Below, one piece after another: positions 34,048-43,387 of a stretch of DNA of 64,000 bases. Position numbers and translations under genes: made by a program. How positions within the stretch are numbered: position 1 is the stretch's first letter; each line of letters starts with the position of its first letter. The DNA is from an uncultured Bacteroidales bacterium (lineage in GTDB: Bacteria; Bacteroidota; Bacteroidia; Bacteroidales; F082). Where the stretch lies: assembly GCA_947304185.1 (NCBI GenBank), contig CAMZAM010000010.1, positions 4,905 through 68,904 on the forward strand, in the 5' to 3' direction. The notes beneath the pieces are model-generated. The model was not told the DNA's origin, did not search any database, and saw only the letters and a program-made list of their open reading frames with translations.

Positions 34048-35196
34048 TTAGAAAATGAATGCTAACAAAACATAAATCCAATGTGCTGACACTCCTGCCA
34101 CCAGTCCGCCTATGGTGTGGGCGCCGATGGCCTTAGGGATGAGCTCGCGGTGACCGAGTGAGTCGAGCATGGCGGTATGAGTGCTGAGGAATCCGCTCCA
34201 GCACATGCCTATTGCAGTGCATACCGCGATGGCGTTGTTGTTGACGATGCCTTCAGCGATGAACTTAGGCAGCAGACCGAGCGCGGCGCCGACGGCGCCA
34301 AGCGAGGTGATTGGGAATGCCACCAACTCAGGGTTCTTGAATCCGAAGAGCCAGTCGAAGACAAAATCGATTTTTCCTGCGAGGTAAGGCAGCACAGGCA
34401 CGCCCTCATAAGCCACGCCAGTGTATTCGGTGCCTGTCGCAGGGCCGAAAGTAAGCATCATCACCACGGTGGAGATGATGAGCACGCCCGGGATGATGGC
34501 CAGTCCGATTGCCACGCCTTCCTTGCCGCCGTCGAGAATGGCATCGAGGAAACGCAGGAACACGTTGCCTTGCGACTTGAACGAGATCTTCTGTTCGTCG
34601 CCGCCTTCAGGCTCTTCTTCGACGTCGAGCTCAGGAAATGCCTTGAGGGTGAAACGCTGCATTAGCCTTGTAGAGACGACGCTGCCGATGATGGCGCCAA
34701 GCAGTCCGACCAGGGCTCCTTTCAAGAAGCCGAGACCGAGCATATAGAATATCACCACCAAACCCATGCCGAAAGCCGTGCCGAAGTTCGTCAGCGAGGC
34801 GAGCTGGTATTTCTTGAAATAATGTGAGAAATATTTGTCTTTCGAGAGTGTGATGATAGCCGGGTTATCCGAGAGAAACGTGAGGATTCCGCCGAGAGCC
34901 GCCACGCCCGGGAGGTTGTAGATTGGCTTCATCAGAGGGCGCAGGATATATTCGATGAGTCGCACCACTCCAAACTCGACCAGAAGCTTGCCGAGGGCGC
35001 CCGATACGACGCACACCGCCATCAGGAAGAAGACGGTCTCCAGAAGGAGATGGTACGAGGTCTGCATGATGGTGTTTAGCATGTTAGCCGTGCCCATCCT
35101 GGTGCCGAGGAATCCGAAAAAGAGAGCGAAGATGAGGAGAAAGATACCTGCCTCAAGACGTCTCTTACTTAAAAACTGCCAGTTTTTTATCTTCAT
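34048..35196 (-). CDS. Polytopic membrane protein with nucleoside-recognition (Gate) type domains (tentative)
   Basis: About 10 hydrophobic segments. GALGKLLVEFGVVRLIEYILRPLMKPIYNLPGVAALGGILTFLS resembles the Gate-domain motif. Lies 3 nt from the AKR gene. Confidence 0.45.
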   Translation of the reverse strand: MKIKNWQFLSKRRLEAGIFLLIFALFFGFLGTRMGTANMLNTIMQTSYHLLLETVFFLMAVCVVSGALGKLLVEFGVVRLIEYILRPLMKPIYNLPGVAALGGILTFLSDNPAIITLSKDKYFSHYFKKYQLASLTNFGTAFGMGLVVIFYMLGLGFLKGALVGLLGAIIGSVVSTRLMQRFTLKAFPELDVEEEPEGGDEQKISFKSQGNVFLRFLDAILDGGKEGVAIGLAIIPGVLIISTVVMMLTFGPATGTEYTGVAYEGVPVLPYLAGKIDFVFDWLFGFKNPELVAFPITSLGAVGAALGLLPKFIAEGIVNNNAIAVCTAIGMCWSGFLSTHTAMLDSLGHRELIPKAIGAHTIGGLVAGVSAHWIYVLLAFIF

Positions 35197-35205
35197 AATG
35201 AAATG

Positions 35206-36276
35206 TTATTTGTCGATGAATTTCAGTCGCCATGTCAAGCCGATGTTGGCCTGATACGATATCTCGCCTTCCTTTGAGACGGTGAGCATTCCTTGGTCCA
35301 CACTCGCATCCTGACGCACGTCGCTCACTGCGAAGAAGGCGTGTACGCGGACGTCGTTTTTACCTTGCAGAGGCCAATATTCGATGCCGCCGCCGTAAAA
35401 CATCACGTTGGTGCCCGGCATCACGAGCGGGTCGAGGATCTGGATGGCCTCCAAGGTGTAGTCCTGCGAGTCGTTGATATCGGTGCCGCCTTTGACAAAG
35501 ATATGCATCCTCTCACCCCAGAATTTCACTCCGATACGTCCGATGACGGTGATGTCCTTGCCAAAGTAGTCTTTCTGGTCGCCATGAGCGCGGTTTTGGG
35601 CGTCGATATAGCCCTCGATGGCGCCGAAGTCGAATGCTGTTCCGAGTGCGATAAGGTTCAGGAAATCGCCTTTCTTCACCTCAAACATGTTGACTGAGCA
35701 AACAGGTGTGAAGTATTTGAAGTTGGCACGCCAGAGGAAGCTGTAGTTGTAGAGACTGCCATAAACGATGCCTTGGTCGAAAGGCGAGTTGGTGAACTGC
35801 AAGACGAAGGTGTTTTTGCCATCGTTGGTGGTGTATTCGAGGTTCGTTCCGAAGCGGAAGCAGTTGATATTGTCCCAAAATCTTGAGTTAAAATAAATAT
35901 CGATAGGGGCGAGGTCGTATTCCAAACCGCCTATCGCCACTATCTCCTTACCTGCCGTCAACGAGAGGTTTTTCGTGATGCGCCATCCGAGATAGAGATA
36001 ATCGGTGGCGTCGAAGAACCTGACTTCGTTTTGTATGTTGTTGATTCTCTGACGATAAGCGTAATAAAGATTGTCGGTGAGGTCACCGGTGAGTATGAAA
36101 TTCAAGTATTTCCCGGTAAACCCCGAGTTGATATTGTCGCCATCTGAGAAACAGTCGAAATCGGTACGTACCTCAAAGCGTAACTTATTGATACCGTAGT
36201 TGTTTTCCTTTTTCAGCTGTGCAAAGGATGACAATCCTATGATGACGAAAAATAACGAAATTATATATTTTTTCAT
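35206..36276 (-). CDS. Putative outer-membrane porin (Porin_O_P-like)
   Basis: Signal peptide MKKYIISLFFVIIGLSSFAQ and an amphipathic beta-strand pattern throughout. I set the start at ATG 36276, because the -7 box overlaps the longer ORF's start. Confidence 0.5.
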   Translation of the reverse strand: MKKYIISLFFVIIGLSSFAQLKKENNYGINKLRFEVRTDFDCFSDGDNINSGFTGKYLNFILTGDLTDNLYYAYRQRINNIQNEVRFFDATDYLYLGWRITKNLSLTAGKEIVAIGGLEYDLAPIDIYFNSRFWDNINCFRFGTNLEYTTNDGKNTFVLQFTNSPFDQGIVYGSLYNYSFLWRANFKYFTPVCSVNMFEVKKGDFLNLIALGTAFDFGAIEGYIDAQNRAHGDQKDYFGKDITVIGRIGVKFWGERMHIFVKGGTDINDSQDYTLEAIQILDPLVMPGTNVMFYGGGIEYWPLQGKNDVRVHAFFAVSDVRQDASVDQGMLTVSKEGEISYQANIGLTWRLKFIDK

Positions 36277-36306
36277 TGTAATTATTTGCCCGTAATAATT
36301 TTGCTG

Positions 36307-36314
36307 CAAAATTA
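36307..36314 (-). promoter_or_regulatory. -7 box TAATTTTG for the porin operon
   Basis: Plus strand reads caaaatta. It lies 30 nt upstream of ATG 36276. Confidence 0.55.
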
Positions 36315-36327
36315 TGAAATTTTTTCC

Positions 36328-36335
36328 TATCTTTG
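36328..36335 (+). promoter_or_regulatory. -7 box TATCTTTG for deoC
   Basis: Matches TAnnTTTG, 24 nt upstream of ATG 36360. It overlaps the ORF-track TTG at 36333. Confidence 0.55.
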
Positions 36336-36359
36336 CACATCATTATAAATAATAAAATT

Positions 36360-37202
36360 ATGAATTTCAAATCTTACAGCCATACTGAAGAGGAACTTCA
36401 GGAAAGAATAGCGCAAATCATTGACAGACAAGGTAAAAGCAGCGACCGACGTGAGGCGTTGATGACGATTTTCCAGAGCATCGACTTCACCACTTTGGAG
36501 GCGTTTGACAATGCCAAGAAAATCGAAGAGTTTTGTGCTAAAGCCATTGATTTTCAGAAGAATAGCATGGGAATCTCCGTGCCTGCCATTTGCATCTACA
36601 GTCCGTTTGTCAAGCAGGCAAAGGCTTTGCTGAAAGGCAGCGGAATCAAGGTGGCGACGGTGGCATGCTGCTTCCCTTCGGGTCAGATGCCGTTCGATTT
36701 GAAGAAAAAAGAGGTTGCATATTGCGTTGAACAGGGTGCCGACGAGGTCGACATGGTCATCTCAAGAGGCACTTTCCTTGAAGGAAATTACGATGAAGTA
36801 TATAACGAGATTCAGGCCATCCGTGAGATCTGCAAGGCTCCGGTTCATCTGAAAGTGATTCTTGAGACCGGCGAACTGAAAACCGTCGAAAACATCCGTA
36901 AAGCCAGCGAGTTAGCTATCTTGGCGGGTGCCGATTTCATCAAGACATCGACAGGAAAAATCGCTGTCAACGCAACGCCTATGGCAGCCGTCATCATGTG
37001 CGACACCATCAAGGAATACTACGAGGCGACAGGTCAGATGGTTGGCTTCAAACCTGCGGGCGGCATGTCGACAATCGAAGACGCGCTCACCTATTATTAT
37101 ATCGTGAAAGACATCCTTGGTGAGAAATGGCTCAACAAGAACTATTTCCGCGTCGGAACCAGCAGACTGGCTGGAAAGGTAATGGAGGAATTGACGAAAT
37201 AA
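36360..37202 (+). CDS. deoC: Deoxyribose-phosphate aldolase
   Basis: DEVDMVI, LKVILETGEL and the Schiff-base Lys context DFIKTSTGK. Confidence 0.9.
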   Translation: MNFKSYSHTEEELQERIAQIIDRQGKSSDRREALMTIFQSIDFTTLEAFDNAKKIEEFCAKAIDFQKNSMGISVPAICIYSPFVKQAKALLKGSGIKVATVACCFPSGQMPFDLKKKEVAYCVEQGADEVDMVISRGTFLEGNYDEVYNEIQAIREICKAPVHLKVILETGELKTVENIRKASELAILAGADFIKTSTGKIAVNATPMAAVIMCDTIKEYYEATGQMVGFKPAGGMSTIEDALTYYYIVKDILGEKWLNKNYFRVGTSRLAGKVMEELTK

Positions 37203-37227
37203 TCTGGACGGATTTCCTGAAAAACAA

Positions 37228-37257
37228 TGTAGAGACGTGCCATGGCGCGTCTCTACA
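37228..37257. terminator. Bidirectional intrinsic terminator between deoC and the GLUG protein gene
   Basis: tgtagagacgtgcc/ggcgcgtctctaca stem (one G-U). T-rich tracts follow on both strands. Confidence 0.8.
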
Positions 37258-37276
37258 ATTTTATATATAAATATCG

Positions 37277-38893
37277 TTATTCGACAACAATCTTATTAGC
37301 TGTCCCGTCTATATTAATAAGGTAAATCCCCTTTTCCAAATCTCTTACGTCGATAATGTTAGCGTTTTCAATGGTTTTAATCATTTTCCCGTCAATGGAA
37401 TATATTGTAACTAATTGTGGCTCAATATTTTCTATAAAGATAAAATCTGACGTCGGGTTAGGATAAACCTTAATTCCATTATTGGAAATCTCATTGATTC
37501 CATCAACTTCGGTGACGAAATAATGCGGTGTACCAGAGCTCAGATATGCTCCGTCGGCGCAGTCAATATGCAGGAAATAGCTGTAGGTTGTGTCGTCGTC
37601 GAGGTCTTCGAGAAGTGCTTCGACATGGCCGTCAGTGCCTATTTCCACTTGTAGTTCGTCGCTGGAACCCTCTTTGTATATGGTGAAATAGGCTCCTGTG
37701 AATGAGTCGTTCCCTTGGTGAATCTCAGCCGAAATCGTGACTGAGTTATGTGTGACATCAGAGGCTTCGTTGACAATGAATCCGCTCATCGTATTGATCG
37801 GATAGCCGTTGTTGGAGCCGTTATCCATCACAAAATTGTGCCTAAGCCATACATCCTCATTGAGTTGATAGACAAAATCTTCGGTCTGCATCGCTGAAGA
37901 TGTCATGCTTGTGCCATAGCTGGTGGTGCCGCCGCAGGTGTTTAGGTAATAGCTGTTGAAAACAGTCATCTCGGTTTCTTCCTTTGTTGGGTTTATCGGG
38001 CTGATCATGCCGAAGATGCCGCCTTTTGTGTTGGCATTTACCGTTCCAACGTTGTAGCAGTCGTGAATCGTGATGTTATTATCCTGTAACGTGGCTCCGA
38101 CTATACCTGCTGCCACGCTCAGCAATAGCGCGCTGCCAGTGATGTTGCCGGTGTTGTAACAACCTTCCAACCAAGCTTGATTCATTGCCAGTCCGACAAT
38201 GCCGCCGGCTCCTGCCGCACCGGTGAAGGTGCTGTTTTGTGCTGTGATGCTGCCATGGAACGAACACTGGATGATGACGCTGTTTTCAGCGGCTGCTGCC
38301 ACGATGCCGCCAGCTCCACAGTACGAACCGCTGTTGCTCACGCTGATGGTTCCGGAGAAGCTGCATTGGTCGATGCGCCCGTCGCCGGCGACTACTCCGA
38401 CTATGCCACCCACACCGGTTCCAGTAGAGGTGATATTGCCGTTGGTGATGTACAGATGTCTGACGATTCCGCCATCATCCAATGACGATTCCTTCGCGCC
38501 GCCTAAACCGGCAAACAGTCCGCAGACATCAGCGCTGGTCTGAATCCTCAGATGGTCGATGGTGTGATACCAGCCGTCGAAAATACCTGCAAAATAATGG
38601 CCTTGCATGTTCATGTTGACGTTGCCTATCGGTGTCCAGTTGATGTTGTTGAGGTCGATATCATCCGTCATCATGAAATAAACGCCTTTAAACACTTCCA
38701 TGCCCTGAGCCTGATAGCCCTCGTTGACTTTCTGGGCAAGATAAGCGAGGTTTTCCGCCGTCTCAATGAGATAAGGATTGTCGACGGTGCCTGTTCCCTG
38801 TGTCCAAGGTGAGGCGGTGCCGTCCCAGACGTCAAGTGCAAATGCATTGATTGTTAATAAAATAGCTGTTAGTAAGGTAAAAATTTTCTTCAT
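37277..38893 (-). CDS. GLUG-motif repeat surface protein with T9SS C-terminal sorting domain
   Basis: Signal peptide. Repeated GGIVG/GGIVA/AGIVG units spaced ~25-30 aa (GLUG-type), an Fn3-like segment, and C-terminal VYPNPTSDFIFIE...GIYLINIDGTANKIVVE. Confidence 0.7.
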   Translation of the reverse strand: MKKIFTLLTAILLTINAFALDVWDGTASPWTQGTGTVDNPYLIETAENLAYLAQKVNEGYQAQGMEVFKGVYFMMTDDIDLNNINWTPIGNVNMNMQGHYFAGIFDGWYHTIDHLRIQTSADVCGLFAGLGGAKESSLDDGGIVRHLYITNGNITSTGTGVGGIVGVVAGDGRIDQCSFSGTISVSNSGSYCGAGGIVAAAAENSVIIQCSFHGSITAQNSTFTGAAGAGGIVGLAMNQAWLEGCYNTGNITGSALLLSVAAGIVGATLQDNNITIHDCYNVGTVNANTKGGIFGMISPINPTKEETEMTVFNSYYLNTCGGTTSYGTSMTSSAMQTEDFVYQLNEDVWLRHNFVMDNGSNNGYPINTMSGFIVNEASDVTHNSVTISAEIHQGNDSFTGAYFTIYKEGSSDELQVEIGTDGHVEALLEDLDDDTTYSYFLHIDCADGAYLSSGTPHYFVTEVDGINEISNNGIKVYPNPTSDFIFIENIEPQLVTIYSIDGKMIKTIENANIIDVRDLEKGIYLINIDGTANKIVVE

Positions 38894-38938
38894 GTTTATT
38901 TATTTTTTTTGTTTGAGATTTATTCATCAGAGGTGAAT

Positions 38939-38990
38939 GCTTTCGCTTCGCTCAGGTCTCCACTACGCTTCGCTTCGGTCGAAATGACGG
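38939..38990. repeat. Direct repeat cgcttcgct(c/t) x2 with (GCTTC)n core, ending tcgaaatgacgg
   Basis: Read directly in the Sel1/GLUG intergenic spacer. No hairpin is evident. Confidence 0.5.
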
Positions 38991-38994
38991 TTGG

Positions 38995-39294
38995 TTATAG
39001 CATCATTTCGTGAACTCTTAACATATCATCGGCGAGATATTGGCCTTCGGGATGACCGTTGTGACCGGCTTCGCGGAACCAGGTATAGGCCGTGTAGTCG
39101 TCTTTCGGCACGCCTTCGCCACGCAGATAGCACATCCCCAGCTCGTACATCGCGTCTTTGTTACCGGCTTTGGCAGCTTTTTCGTACCATTGCGCAGCAA
39201 CTTCATAATGGTTTTTGAACTTACCGCGGAAAGCTTTCTTGCCGCGCAGATACCAGCTGTAGATTTGCAGTTTTGTCGGTTTCTCGTCGCTCAT
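38995..39294 (-). CDS. Sel1-repeat (SLR/TPR-like) protein
   Basis: AAQWYEKAAKAGNKDAMYELGMCYLRGEGVPKDDYTAYTWFREA is a canonical Sel1 repeat. The start is 1 nt after the ettA stop. Confidence 0.75.
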   Translation of the reverse strand: MSDEKPTKLQIYSWYLRGKKAFRGKFKNHYEVAAQWYEKAAKAGNKDAMYELGMCYLRGEGVPKDDYTAYTWFREAGHNGHPEGQYLADDMLRVHEMML

Positions 39295-39295
39295 G

Positions 39296-40969
39296 TTACA
39301 TCAGTTTTTTGTATCTGAACTTTTTAGGTTGTTGATTACCAAGACGTTTTATCTTATTCTCCTCGTATTCCGAATAGCTTCCTTCGAAGAAATAAACCTG
39401 AGAATCACCTTCGAATGCCAAGATGTGAGTTGCGATACGGTCGAGGAACCAGCGGTCGTGCGAGATGATGACGGCGCAGCCTGCGAAGTTCTCCAGTCCT
39501 TCCTCCAATGCACGTAAGGTGTTGACGTCGATGTCGTTAGTCGGCTCGTCGAGGAGTAGGACGTTGGCTTCCTGTTTCAAAGTCAAGGCGAGATGCATGC
39601 GGTTTCTTTCACCTCCTGACAGCACTCCGGCTTTCTTCTGCTGAGCGTCGCCACCGAAGTTAAACCTCGAGACGTAGGCTCTCGACGGCATTGTGCGCTT
39701 GCCAAGCTGAATTAGCTCATTGCCGCCTGAGATGACCTCCCAGACGGTCTTTTCAGGGTCGATCTCGGCATGTTGCTGGTCGACATAGCCTATTTTCACT
39801 GTCTCACCGACTTCGAAAGTGCCTGCGTCTGGCTTCTCGAGTCCCATGATCATGCGGAACAATGTGGTTTTACCCGCTCCGTTTGGTCCGATGACGCCTA
39901 CGATGCCCGCAGGTGGCAGACTGAAGCTGAGATTCTCGAATAGAACCTTGTCGCCGAATGCCTTGGTGACATTTTTGGCCTCGATGACTTTGTTACCGAG
40001 ACGGTCGCCGTTAGGGATGTATATCTCGAGTTTCTCTTCTTTCTCTTTCACGTCTTCGTTGAGCATCTTCTCGTACGACTCCAGACGTGCCTTACCCTTG
40101 GCGTGACGTGCCTTCGGCGCCATGCGTACCCACTCCAACTCGCGTTCGAGTGTCTTACGGCGCTTGCTCTCGGTCTTTTCTTCCATCGCCATGCGCTGTG
40201 TCTTCTGGTCGAGCCATGATGAGTAGTTGCCTTTCCACGGGATGCCTTCGCCACGGTCCAGCTCAAGAATCCAACCTGCCACATGGTCGAGGAAGTAACG
40301 GTCGTGCGTCACTGCGATTACTGTGCCTTTGTATTGTTGTAAGTGGCTTTCCAACCATTGAATTGCTTCTGCGTCGAGGTGGTTGGTAGGCTCGTCGAGG
40401 AGGAGGATGTCGGGCTCTTGCAGTAATAATCTGACCAAAGCGACTCTACGTCTTTCACCTCCCGAGAGGTTCTTCACAGGAGTGTCGCCGTCGGGGCAGT
40501 TCAATGCGTCCATTGCGCGCTCGAGCTTGCTGTCGAGGTTCCATCCGTCGTGCTGCTCGATGAGCTCTGTCAATTCGCCCTGACGCTCGATGAGTTTGTC
40601 GAAGTCGGCATCAGGCTCAGCGAACTTATTGCTGATTTCTTCGTATTCCTTAAGCATGTCGACGACTTCCTGAGCGCCTTCTTCAACAATTTCACGAACC
40701 GTTTTGTTGTCGTCGAGTTGTGGCTCCTGGTCGAGCATTCCCACGGAGTAGCCGGGAGAGAATACCACCTCGCCGTTGAACGACTTCTCCTTGCCTGCGA
40801 TGATGCGCAGTAGCGTCGATTTTCCGGCACCGTTCAAGCCGATGATGCCGATCTTCGCTCCGTAGAAGAACGAGAGGTATATATCTTTCAATATCTGTCG
40901 TGACGGCGGAATGATTTTGCTCACGCCGACCATTGAGAAGATTATCTTTTTATCGTCGTTTTGGGCCAT
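39296..40969 (-). CDS. ettA: Energy-dependent translational throttle ABC-F protein EttA
   Basis: 557 aa with two ABC cassettes (GLNGAGKST, GPNGAGKTT; LSGGERRRV, LSGGERNRM) and the typical EttA N-terminus IIFSM..VSK. Confidence 0.9.
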   Translation of the reverse strand: MAQNDDKKIIFSMVGVSKIIPPSRQILKDIYLSFFYGAKIGIIGLNGAGKSTLLRIIAGKEKSFNGEVVFSPGYSVGMLDQEPQLDDNKTVREIVEEGAQEVVDMLKEYEEISNKFAEPDADFDKLIERQGELTELIEQHDGWNLDSKLERAMDALNCPDGDTPVKNLSGGERRRVALVRLLLQEPDILLLDEPTNHLDAEAIQWLESHLQQYKGTVIAVTHDRYFLDHVAGWILELDRGEGIPWKGNYSSWLDQKTQRMAMEEKTESKRRKTLERELEWVRMAPKARHAKGKARLESYEKMLNEDVKEKEEKLEIYIPNGDRLGNKVIEAKNVTKAFGDKVLFENLSFSLPPAGIVGVIGPNGAGKTTLFRMIMGLEKPDAGTFEVGETVKIGYVDQQHAEIDPEKTVWEVISGGNELIQLGKRTMPSRAYVSRFNFGGDAQQKKAGVLSGGERNRMHLALTLKQEANVLLLDEPTNDIDVNTLRALEEGLENFAGCAVIISHDRWFLDRIATHILAFEGDSQVYFFEGSYSEYEENKIKRLGNQQPKKFRYKKLM

Positions 40970-40988
40970 ATTTTTGAGTTTTGTCTGG

Positions 40989-42167
40989 TCATTTATTTAC
41001 AACTGTTATCATCGCGTCTTCCATAATCTTTGTGGCTGCACCCCAGTCGTAGACACGGTTCACGAAGTTATAGCCTTCCTCGGCGAGCTCCGCGGCCTTG
41101 TCGGGACGTTTCAAGAGGTACACGATGTCGGCAGCGAGTTCTGAAGAGCTGTTGTCGACGAGTATCTCCTTGCCGTTGACGGCGTGGAGCGAGCCGTTGG
41201 CCAGCGATGTCGTGATGCAAGGTATCTTCATCGACATAGCTTCCAGGAGTTTATTTTGCAGACCTGTTCCGATGCGCATCGGGGCGATGAAGATACGGCT
41301 CTGGGCGTAGGCGTCGCGCATGTCGTCGATCCAGCCACTTACGATGATGTTGTCGCATGCCACCCTCTTGACCTTGAGGTCGGGTTGAGCTCCGGCGATA
41401 TAAAGCTTCGCATTAGGCAGCTTCTCCCATACGTTAGGCATGATTTCGTAAGCCAGAAACTCCACCGCGTTGACGTTAGGCGCATAGCCCATGTTTCCGG
41501 TGAACACGATGTCGTAAATCTTCTCTCTCTCCTGAGGTTTGTAGTATTCGTGGTCGACGCCGTTAGGCACGATGAGGATCTTGTTTCTTTGCGGATGGTC
41601 GATATTTGCCCTGTCGGGCTCACTGATGATGGTCTTGACGTCGAACTCGTCGAAGACACGACGCTCGTATTTTCTCAAGCGGTTGTATTCCATCTCGAAG
41701 AACGGACGTGCGAAGATGCCTGCTATCTCGGCGCGACGTTTCATTCCCATCGAGAAAACATCTTGATAGTCAATGGTTTTCGGTATTTTTACCTTATGGA
41801 GATATGGAGCCACGCGCAGCAGCTGACCGAAGAGCATGTCGGGCTTGTGATGTCTGATTAGCTCATGCACTTTATGTTTTGCCTTCGAGCTATAGAAATA
41901 GCCGCATTGTATAGGCAGGCCATAGAGATACGACCTGATGACATTGAACACGATGCCGATCTTCGGCAGGTCGATGAAGCTTACCGACGAGCAATAAGGC
42001 TGCATCGCCTGAAAAGCCGCCTGTTTGTCGACCTTCTTGTCGTCGTTCAAGGCGCAAAGGATGATCTCGTTGTTCTTCGCAAGCTGCTTGATCTGGTTGT
42101 AAGCCCTCAACTTGTCGCCTTTCTCAAGCGGCCACGGGATTCTCGGTAAAAGGACAAATATCTTCAT
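40989..42167 (-). CDS. Glycosyltransferase family 4 (GT-B, GT1-type C-terminal domain)
   Basis: Pattern FIAPMRIGTGLQNKLLEAMSMKIPCITT (E-x7-E-like region). Confidence 0.8.
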   Translation of the reverse strand: MKIFVLLPRIPWPLEKGDKLRAYNQIKQLAKNNEIILCALNDDKKVDKQAAFQAMQPYCSSVSFIDLPKIGIVFNVIRSYLYGLPIQCGYFYSSKAKHKVHELIRHHKPDMLFGQLLRVAPYLHKVKIPKTIDYQDVFSMGMKRRAEIAGIFARPFFEMEYNRLRKYERRVFDEFDVKTIISEPDRANIDHPQRNKILIVPNGVDHEYYKPQEREKIYDIVFTGNMGYAPNVNAVEFLAYEIMPNVWEKLPNAKLYIAGAQPDLKVKRVACDNIIVSGWIDDMRDAYAQSRIFIAPMRIGTGLQNKLLEAMSMKIPCITTSLANGSLHAVNGKEILVDNSSSELAADIVYLLKRPDKAAELAEEGYNFVNRVYDWGAATKIMEDAMITVVNK

Positions 42168-43387
42168 TAGTTCAAAACCGTTATCTCTCTTTTAGATTTC
42201 AATTCGTTGTAAAATATCTCTAACCTGTTGATAATCTTTTTGTTATCATATAATTCCTCGACCAGTCGTCTGGCGTTGAGACCTATCGCCTCAGCTTCCT
42301 CAGGATGCTGGTACAGTCTGCATATGTTCTCCACCATCTTTGGCACGTTGTCGGCGATGATGATGTCTTCAAACTCCGAGTATTGTATACCCTCGGCGCC
42401 TACCAGCGTGGTGATGACGGTCTTACCCAGCGCCATCGACTCGATGATTTTGATACGCATGCCGCTGCCTGAGAGGAGAGGCACCACCGCGATGTTATGT
42501 TCGTTGACAAATGCATGAGCGTCAGGCACTTCGCCCACCACCACGACGTTTTTCTTTTTCGTCTTACGGAGCCAGCGTGGCATATTACGTCCGGCGAGAT
42601 AGATCTGAGCATCAGGGACGCGTGCCAGCACCTTATCCCACACGTTATTCAGGAACCATCGGATGGCCTCCTCGTTAGGCATCCAGTTCATGGAGCCGAT
42701 ATGATAGAATGTCGGGGTGTCGCCGACCTCGAAGACTGGCTGGAACTTGTCGATGTCGACGCCGAACGGCAGGTCGATGACTGGTGTCGCTGTGACACGA
42801 CGGAAATAAGCCGCATCGGTGATGGTTATCGCTGCGATGCCGTCGACCTTGTCTAAAATACCCATCTCATAGTTACGTAAGGTACGTACTAAGTGATTGA
42901 TATACCAACGTTTAGCGAAGAAAAAAGTCTTCTTTGCCATGCGTTCCCAAATCTTATGCTCCACGTTATGCGCGCGCAGCACTATCGTGGCCTTCGAGTG
43001 TTTACGAATCGTGTCGATGTAAGGTGTCATGTAAATCATCTCGAGCTGCACCACGTCGAAACGCTCTTTTTTCAGGACTTTTATAAGTCTTTCGTTAAAC
43101 TCTTCCGAAATGAATCTCTTAACATGGTACGACTCATCGGAAAACAGGTTCTTAAACGCCTCTTTAGGCTTGATTTTCAGGTCGATATCAATAAATTCAA
43201 TCCTTGTCTTCTTACGATAATCCTCTGGAATGCTGTCGATGTCGACATGATATTTCTCGCTGTTGAAAGCCATCACTTTCACTGTGTGACCGGCCTCGAG
43301 CAGTCCGGTTATGATGCTGTTCATGGCCATCGGGCCGCCTTCACTCGGCGGATACGGCGATTTGTTGCATAACAGAAGGATATTCAT
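42167..43387 (-). CDS. Glycosyltransferase family 4
   Basis: N-terminal YPPSEGGPMAM and C-terminal VVPLLSGSGMRIKIIESMALGKTVITT. Confidence 0.8.
   Translation of the reverse strand: MNILLLCNKSPYPPSEGGPMAMNSIITGLLEAGHTVKVMAFNSEKYHVDIDSIPEDYRKKTRIEFIDIDLKIKPKEAFKNLFSDESYHVKRFISEEFNERLIKVLKKERFDVVQLEMIYMTPYIDTIRKHSKATIVLRAHNVEHKIWERMAKKTFFFAKRWYINHLVRTLRNYEMGILDKVDGIAAITITDAAYFRRVTATPVIDLPFGVDIDKFQPVFEVGDTPTFYHIGSMNWMPNEEAIRWFLNNVWDKVLARVPDAQIYLAGRNMPRWLRKTKKKNVVVVGEVPDAHAFVNEHNIAVVPLLSGSGMRIKIIESMALGKTVITTLVGAEGIQYSEFEDIIIADNVPKMVENICRLYQHPEEAEAIGLNARRLVEELYDNKKIINRLEIFYNELKSKREITVLN

Noticed and set aside
41184-41861. 225-aa + strand ORF inside the GT4 gene
   Set aside because: This is an antisense shadow ORF. 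The glycosyltransferase frame carries the recognisable motifs.
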